This document shows positions 47,548-52,186 of a stretch of 52,186 nucleotides of DNA, piece after piece. The stretch lies in NCBI GenBank assembly GCA_013151345.1, contig JAADIM010000119.1, positions 1-52,186 of the forward strand. Reading direction: 5' to 3'. The notes beneath the pieces are model-generated. The model did no database searches. It saw only the letters and a program-made list of their open reading frames with translations, and had not been told where the DNA came from. Position 1 is the first letter of the stretch; every line of letters begins with the position of its first letter. The position numbers and the translations under genes are program-made. This DNA comes from Gammaproteobacteria bacterium. GTDB taxonomy: Bacteria; Pseudomonadota; Gammaproteobacteria; SG8-11.

Positions 47548-48231
47548 TTAGCCAGCTACTTGCTGTCCACCACCACCAGCAGGGGCGACAATTTCTTCTT
47601 CCGTCGGAAAAACTTCACCTTTAAAAATCCAGACTTTAACACCAATAATGCCGTAAGTTGTCAATGCTTCGGCCACACCATAATCGATATCTGCACGCAA
47701 AGTATGGAGAGGCACGCGCCCTTCTCTATACCATTCGCTACGCGCAATTTCGGCACCATTTAAGCGGCCACCAATATTAATTTTCACGCCTTTTGCACCC
47801 GAGCGCATTGAATTTGTTACCGCTCTTTTCATCGCCCGGCGAAACATAATTCTTTTTTCAAGTTGCTGTGCTACGCCCTGTGCAACCAGAGTTGCGTCTA
47901 ATTCAGGTTTGCGTATTTCTTCGATATTAACATGAACAGGAATCCCCATCATGCCTGAAATTGTCTTACGTAAACTCTCAATATCTTCGCCCTTTTTACC
48001 TATAACAATTCCAGGGCGCGCGGTATGAATAGTAATACGCGCATTTTTTGCCGGCCGTTCTATTTGTATACGGCTAACAGACGCTTGTTTGAGTTTAGTT
48101 TGTATAAAATCACGAACTTTTAAATCTGTATTTAAAAAATCAGCGTAATCCTTAGTGCTTGCGTACCATGTAGAGGTCCAGTCCTTTACTATACCAAGCC
48201 GGATACCTATAGGATGTACTTTTTGACCCAT
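47548..48231 (-). CDS. rpsC: 30S ribosomal protein S3
   Basis: [18 protein letters not shown]...; 227 aa. Confidence 0.97.
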   Translation of the reverse strand: MGQKVHPIGIRLGIVKDWTSTWYASTKDYADFLNTDLKVRDFIQTKLKQASVSRIQIERPAKNARITIHTARPGIVIGKKGEDIESLRKTISGMMGIPVHVNIEEIRKPELDATLVAQGVAQQLEKRIMFRRAMKRAVTNSMRSGAKGVKINIGGRLNGAEIARSEWYREGRVPLHTLRADIDYGVAEALTTYGIIGVKVWIFKGEVFPTEEEIVAPAGGGGQQVAG

Positions 48232-48272
48232 TTATAATTCCCCAGTCTCTTCTCAATCTCTAATAAAAAAGC

Positions 48273-48602
48273 CTAATCAGCCACTGCGACAGTAACATGG
48301 CTAGTTCGCTTTAAAATACGTGTGCCCCGGCCTTTTGCTCGTGCGCGCATTCGCGCGTGAACCGGCCCTTCATCAATACACACACTTGAAACTTTCAATT
48401 CATCAATATCCGCACCTTCGTTATGTTCCGCATTTGCAATTGCAGACTCTAGTACTTTTTTAACTATTGCAGAAGCACGTCTTGAGCTAAAAGTCAGAAC
48501 ATTAAGTGCTTGCTCAACAGGCATTCCCTGAATCTGTTTTGCAACAAGCCGCCCTTTTAATGGCGATAGCCTAACAAATTTTAATATTGCTTTTACTTGC
48601 AT
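48273..48602 (-). CDS. rplV: 50S ribosomal protein L22
   Basis: 109-aa ORF with [24 protein letters not shown]. Confidence 0.97.
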   Translation of the reverse strand: MQVKAILKFVRLSPLKGRLVAKQIQGMPVEQALNVLTFSSRRASAIVKKVLESAIANAEHNEGADIDELKVSSVCIDEGPVHARMRARAKGRGTRILKRTSHVTVAVAD

Positions 48603-48625
48603 GATAAAAAAACCCTTAAACCTAA

Positions 48626-48655
48626 AAATGTCGAAACTTTAAATGTCGAAACTTT
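48626..48655. repeat. Tandem repeat, 15-bp unit, 2 copies, in the 171-nt rpsS-rplV spacer
   Basis: aaatgtcgaaacttt occurs twice. The nearby hairpin aagactt-gagaa-aagtctt lies at about 48683-48701. Confidence 0.85.
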
Positions 48656-48773
48656 GATTTATTTAAAAAATGTTTTAAATAAGACTTGAGAAAAGTCTTA
48701 ACAAAAATCTTTACTATTACCTTTGCTAATAACTTGGCTCTAGTAGCTTTTCTATAAAAGATTAGTCTTGTGG

Positions 48774-49046
48774 TTACTTAGCTTTACGATCGCCACTGTG
48801 CCCTTTAAATGTACGCGTTGGCGCAAATTCACCTAACTTATATCCGATCATATTTTCAGATATCAAAATGGGTACATGTTGACGCCCGTTATGAACTGCG
48901 ATAGTTAGCCCAATCATGTCCGGAATAACCATAGAACGGCGAGACCAGGTTTTAATTGGTTTTCGATCATGCGTCTTTGCTGCCGTCGTAACCTTCTTTG
49001 CTAGATGAAGATCTACAAATGGGCCTTTTTTAATTGAGCGTGGCAC
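48774..49046 (-). CDS. rpsS: 30S ribosomal protein S19
   Basis: [15 protein letters not shown]...; 90 aa. Confidence 0.97.
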   Translation of the reverse strand: MPRSIKKGPFVDLHLAKKVTTAAKTHDRKPIKTWSRRSMVIPDMIGLTIAVHNGRQHVPILISENMIGYKLGEFAPTRTFKGHSGDRKAK

Positions 49047-49144
49047 GTATTATTCCTCTTAATTCTAATACTTATCTTAAAATGCATATGGTGGCGTAAC
49101 CTAACTGTCTATAAGCTATAAGTCACTCTACATATACCTAATAC

Positions 49145-49978
49145 CTAACGTTTGCCGGATTTGCGACGCCTGACAATCATTTCGTCAGTACGCTTGTTGC
49201 TTCTCGTCTTATAACCTTTTGTTGGTGTGCCCCATGGAGATACTGGATGACGACCACCAGATGTTCTGCCTTCGCCACCACCATGTGGGTGATCAACCGG
49301 ATTCATCGCAACACCGCGTACAGTCGGACGCACTCCACGCCATCGAGACGCACCCGCTTTACCTAATGAGCGTAGATTATGTTCTGAGTTACTCACTTCA
49401 CCAATCGTCGCTTTACAATCCAAATGCACTTTGCGCATCTCGCTAGACCGTAAGCGCAAAGTGGCATACTCACCTTCTCTCGCCAACAACTGCGCAGAAG
49501 TACCTGCGCTACGCGCAATTTGTGCGCCTTTTTTTGGTTTCAATTCGATACAATGTATAACTGAACCGACAGGTATGCTTCTTAATTGCAAGCAATTGCC
49601 CGGTTTAATCGGCGCATTCGGTCCGGCAATAATTTCCGCCCCTACTTCTACCCCTTTTGGTGCAATGATATAACGCCGCTCCCCATCCTTATAAAGAACA
49701 AGGGCAATATGTGCACTTCGATTAGGGTCATACTCGATATGTTCAACGCGTGCAGCTATGCCATCTTTGTCGCGTTTAAAATCAATAATGCGGTAACGTT
49801 TTTTGTGACCACCACCAATATGCCTTGTCGTTATACGGCCAGCATTATTACGTCCTCCTGACCTTGTATTCTTGTCGAGCAGCGGCTGATAGGGACTTCC
49901 CTTGTGAAGCGCCTTAGATACTACGCTCACAACAAAGCGTCTACCAGGAGATGTTGGTTTTGTTTTTACTATAGCCAT
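49145..49978 (-). CDS. rplB: 50S ribosomal protein L2
   Basis: [15 protein letters not shown]...; 277 aa. Confidence 0.97.
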   Translation of the reverse strand: MAIVKTKPTSPGRRFVVSVVSKALHKGSPYQPLLDKNTRSGGRNNAGRITTRHIGGGHKKRYRIIDFKRDKDGIAARVEHIEYDPNRSAHIALVLYKDGERRYIIAPKGVEVGAEIIAGPNAPIKPGNCLQLRSIPVGSVIHCIELKPKKGAQIARSAGTSAQLLAREGEYATLRLRSSEMRKVHLDCKATIGEVSNSEHNLRSLGKAGASRWRGVRPTVRGVAMNPVDHPHGGGEGRTSGGRHPVSPWGTPTKGYKTRSNKRTDEMIVRRRKSGKR

Positions 49979-49983
49979 AAACT

Positions 49984-50292
49984 CTACCCTGCACCCATAA
50001 AATCAATATCAAAACCTTCCTGAAGGGTGACATAAGCTTTTTTCCAATCGCGCCTACGACCTTGAACTGCTCCAGTGCGCTTCGCTTTTCCATTCACATT
50101 TACTGCTTGAACGGATTTAACTTTCACTTCAAACATAAGCTCTACTGCTTGCTTTACATCTCGTTTAGTCGCCCGAGGGTCAATTTTAAACACAAACTGC
50201 CTGTTTTTATCCGCAGCCATCGTACTCTTTTCAGTAACGTGTGGTGATAACAGCACAGTCATTAATTTCATTTGTTGTTGATTCATACTCAC
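49984..50292 (-). CDS. rplW: 50S ribosomal protein L23
   Basis: 102-aa ORF with [10 protein letters not shown]...[12 protein letters not shown]. It overlaps the rplD stop by 4 nt. Confidence 0.96.
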   Translation of the reverse strand: MSMNQQQMKLMTVLLSPHVTEKSTMAADKNRQFVFKIDPRATKRDVKQAVELMFEVKVKSVQAVNVNGKAKRTGAVQGRRRDWKKAYVTLQEGFDIDFMGAG

Positions 50293-50912
50293 ACCAGCGT
50301 ACCTTCTACTTGCTTAAGCGCATCGGCCGTAATCAAAACTTTCTCATATTTCAGTAAACATACCGGATCAACATCATTAGCATCACGCACTTCGACTTTT
50401 ATTAAATTACGTGCCGATAAATACAAATTATCGGACGCTTCTTTAGCAATTATTAATACTTTAGTGTTCAACCCGAACGCTGCTAACTTTGACACCAAAT
50501 CCTTAGTCTTGGGTGCCGCAAGTTCGAAATCCGCCACAACAATAAGCCGTTCCTGACGAAACAATTCCGACAAAATACTTTGCATTGCGCCACGATAAAC
50601 TTTCTTGTTAACCTTCTGCGAGTAGTTAGCCGGTTTGGAAGCAAACGTTTTACCACCACCTCGCCATATAGGACTACGAGAAGTACCAGCGCGCGCCCTG
50701 CCTGTTCCTTTTTGACGCCAAGGTTTTATTCCACCACCACGAACATCCGATCTGCTTTTATGCGCTCGACTTCCTGCCCGTCCACCAGCAAGAAAAGCCG
50801 TTACCACTTGATGAATCATGGGCTCATTAAATTCTCGACCAAAAACGACATCCGAAAGCTCTACGCTATTTTTCGATGCACTGCCAGAATCTGTTGTTAA
50901 AGTAACTTTCAT
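50289..50912 (-). CDS. rplD: 50S ribosomal protein L4
   Basis: 207-aa ORF with [29 protein letters not shown]. Confidence 0.97.
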   Translation of the reverse strand: MKVTLTTDSGSASKNSVELSDVVFGREFNEPMIHQVVTAFLAGGRAGSRAHKSRSDVRGGGIKPWRQKGTGRARAGTSRSPIWRGGGKTFASKPANYSQKVNKKVYRGAMQSILSELFRQERLIVVADFELAAPKTKDLVSKLAAFGLNTKVLIIAKEASDNLYLSARNLIKVEVRDANDVDPVCLLKYEKVLITADALKQVEGTLV

Positions 50913-50959
50913 TTGTCTTTCACTTGTCTTGTATAATATTGCCTAATCTGGATCGAAAT

Positions 50960-51604
50960 CTACTTCCGAGCCTTCACAGATGGATTCACAATCACGTCAC
51001 TGCCCTTTGCACCTGGAATCGAACCCTTAATCAGTAACAATTGGCGCTCAGCATCTACTCTAACAATTTCTAAATTCTGAATTGTGCGTTTCACATTACC
51101 CATATGGCCTGCCATTTTTTTACCTTTAAAAACACGGCCTGGGGTCTGATTTTGTCCAATCGAACCCGGTGCTCGATGAGAGAGTGAGTTTCCGTGTGTT
51201 GCATCTTGCATTGCAAAGTTGTGGCGTTTGATAACACCAGCAAAACCTTTACCTATCGTCACACCAGACACATCCACTTTTTGGCCTTCGCTAAAGATAT
51301 CTACCTTTATCTCACTACCAGCCTCTAAACCTTCACCTTCTTTATCATTCAGACGAAATTCCCACAATCCACGACCTGGCTTTACATTTGATTTAGCATA
51401 GTGGCCTGTCATCGGTTTATTTACACGTGAAGGTCGTCTGGAACCTGTTGTTACCTGTAATGCCAGATAACCGTCCGTTTCCAAGGTTCGTAGTTGTGTG
51501 ACCACATTTGGATCAACTGCAACAACAGATACCGGCAAAGACTCGCCTTCTTCGGTAAAGATCCGCGTCATCCCGCATTTTCGCCCAATTACACCAATTG
51601 TCAT
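50960..51604 (-). CDS. rplC: 50S ribosomal protein L3
   Basis: [20 protein letters not shown]...; 214 aa. Confidence 0.97.
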   Translation of the reverse strand: MTIGVIGRKCGMTRIFTEEGESLPVSVVAVDPNVVTQLRTLETDGYLALQVTTGSRRPSRVNKPMTGHYAKSNVKPGRGLWEFRLNDKEGEGLEAGSEIKVDIFSEGQKVDVSGVTIGKGFAGVIKRHNFAMQDATHGNSLSHRAPGSIGQNQTPGRVFKGKKMAGHMGNVKRTIQNLEIVRVDAERQLLLIKGSIPGAKGSDVIVNPSVKARK

Positions 51605-51612
51605 GCCATTTC

Positions 51613-51704
51613 TCTAATAAAAAGTTCTAATAAAAAGTTCTAATAAAAAGTTCTAAATAAAAAGTTCTAATAAATTGTCTAATTAATAATTTCTAAATAA
51701 AATG
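51613..51704. repeat. Tandem repeat, 13-bp unit, at least 5 copies (tctaataaaaagt), filling the rpsJ-rplC spacer
   Basis: tctaataaaaagt occurs three times, followed by tctaaataaaaagt, tctaataaattgt and further decayed copies. The repeat ends 5 nt from the rpsJ stop codon. Confidence 0.92.
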
Positions 51705-51708
51705 CCTG

Positions 51709-52023
51709 TTAACTCAATTTAATTTGCACATCCACGCCTGCAGCCAAATCAAGCTTCATGAGCGCATCAACTGTTTTATCAGTCGGGTCTACAATATCCA
51801 TCAGGCGTTTATGCGTACGTATTTCATATTGGTCTCGCGCATCTTTATTTACATGCGGTGAAATCAATATTGTAAAACGTTCCTTTTTTGTGGGCAGAGG
51901 AATTGGCCCCAGCACGTGCGCACCCGTTCGCTTTGCAGTATCAACAATTTCTTTTGCAGATTGATCAATCAATTTATGATCGAATGCTTTTAAACGTATG
52001 CGTATTCTTTGGCTTGAGCTCAT
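51709..52023 (-). CDS. rpsJ: 30S ribosomal protein S10
   Basis: [23 protein letters not shown]...[16 protein letters not shown]; 104 aa. Confidence 0.97.
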   Translation of the reverse strand: MSSSQRIRIRLKAFDHKLIDQSAKEIVDTAKRTGAHVLGPIPLPTKKERFTILISPHVNKDARDQYEIRTHKRLMDIVDPTDKTVDALMKLDLAAGVDVQIKLS

Positions 52024-52050
52024 TTGTTTACTTTACTCTACTCTACTTAA

Positions 52051-52091
52051 TTCTGTTGTTTAAACTCTGTTGTTTAACTCTTTTGTTTTAA
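52051..52091. repeat. Tandem repeat, 13-14-bp unit, 3 copies, in the tuf-rpsJ spacer
   Basis: ttctgttgtttaaa / ctctgttgtttaa / ctcttttgttttaa. Confidence 0.85.
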
Positions 52092-52099
52092 CTTGGTAA

Positions 52100-52186
52100 T
52101 CACTCAACGATTTTAGAAACGACGCCTGCACCCACCGTACGTCCACCTTCGCGTATCGCAAAACGCAAACCTTCTTCCATCGCGAT
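52100..52186 (-). CDS. tuf: Elongation factor Tu, 3' end (truncated by the window edge)
   Basis: The minus strand encodes IAMEEGLRFAIREGGRTVGAGVVSKIVE*, the conserved EF-Tu C-terminus. Confidence 0.95.
   Translation of the reverse strand: MAMEEGLRFAIREGGRTVGAGVVSKIVE

Noticed and set aside
15150-52091. Tandem repeats considered as CRISPR arrays
   Set aside because: The units are contiguous, with no unique spacers between copies. They are 11-29 bp, occur in 2-6 copies, and decay progressively. No cas genes are present.

Overview
This is a 52.2-kb proteobacterial chromosome segment with gamma-type r-protein gene order, transcribed almost entirely on the minus strand. All family calls come from reading motifs by eye; no searches were run.

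**Layout**
- **1-6.8 kb:** an integron-style gene-cassette array with no integrase in the window. Five attC-like palindromes delimit four minus-strand cassettes:
  - a GC-rich 225-aa orphan
  - a Hanks-type Ser/Thr kinase paired with a 502-aa TPR-like protein
  - a HigB/HigA-like toxin-antitoxin pair
  - a 628-aa protein ending in an RNxxxHG (DUF4209/HEPN-like) motif
- **6.8-14.4 kb:** AT-rich miscellaneous genes (secreted esterase, EamA transporter, MetF-like protein, CPBP protease, cytochrome c lipoprotein). This stretch also holds a ParD/ParE module and a 5'-truncated group II intron remnant abutting parE.
- **14.5-26.1 kb:** a ten-gene co-directional cluster resembling an envelope-stress locus: AsnB, a membrane-anchored spermidine-synthase-like protein, YjfI/PspA(YjfJ)/YjfK-like genes, a small unknown ORF, a K+ channel, a lipoprotein, a DUF350 protein and an M50B-like protease. 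An orphan hydantoinase-B gene follows.
- **26.2-36.8 kb:** argD-argF, ABC components, cytochrome c4, an SH3 protein, tRNA-Lys(UUU) and a YeeE/YedE protein.
- **36.9-52.2 kb:** the alpha, spc and S10 ribosomal-protein operons with secY, rpoA and the 3' end of tuf.

**Main leads**
- The best candidates for an undescribed system are the kinase+TPR cassette and the DUF4209-like cassette. Both sit as mobile cassettes next to a TA module.
- Most intergenic spacers, including those inside the normally compact r-protein operons, consist of 2-6 tandem copies of 11-29-bp units. These repeats often begin at the stop codon of the upstream gene.
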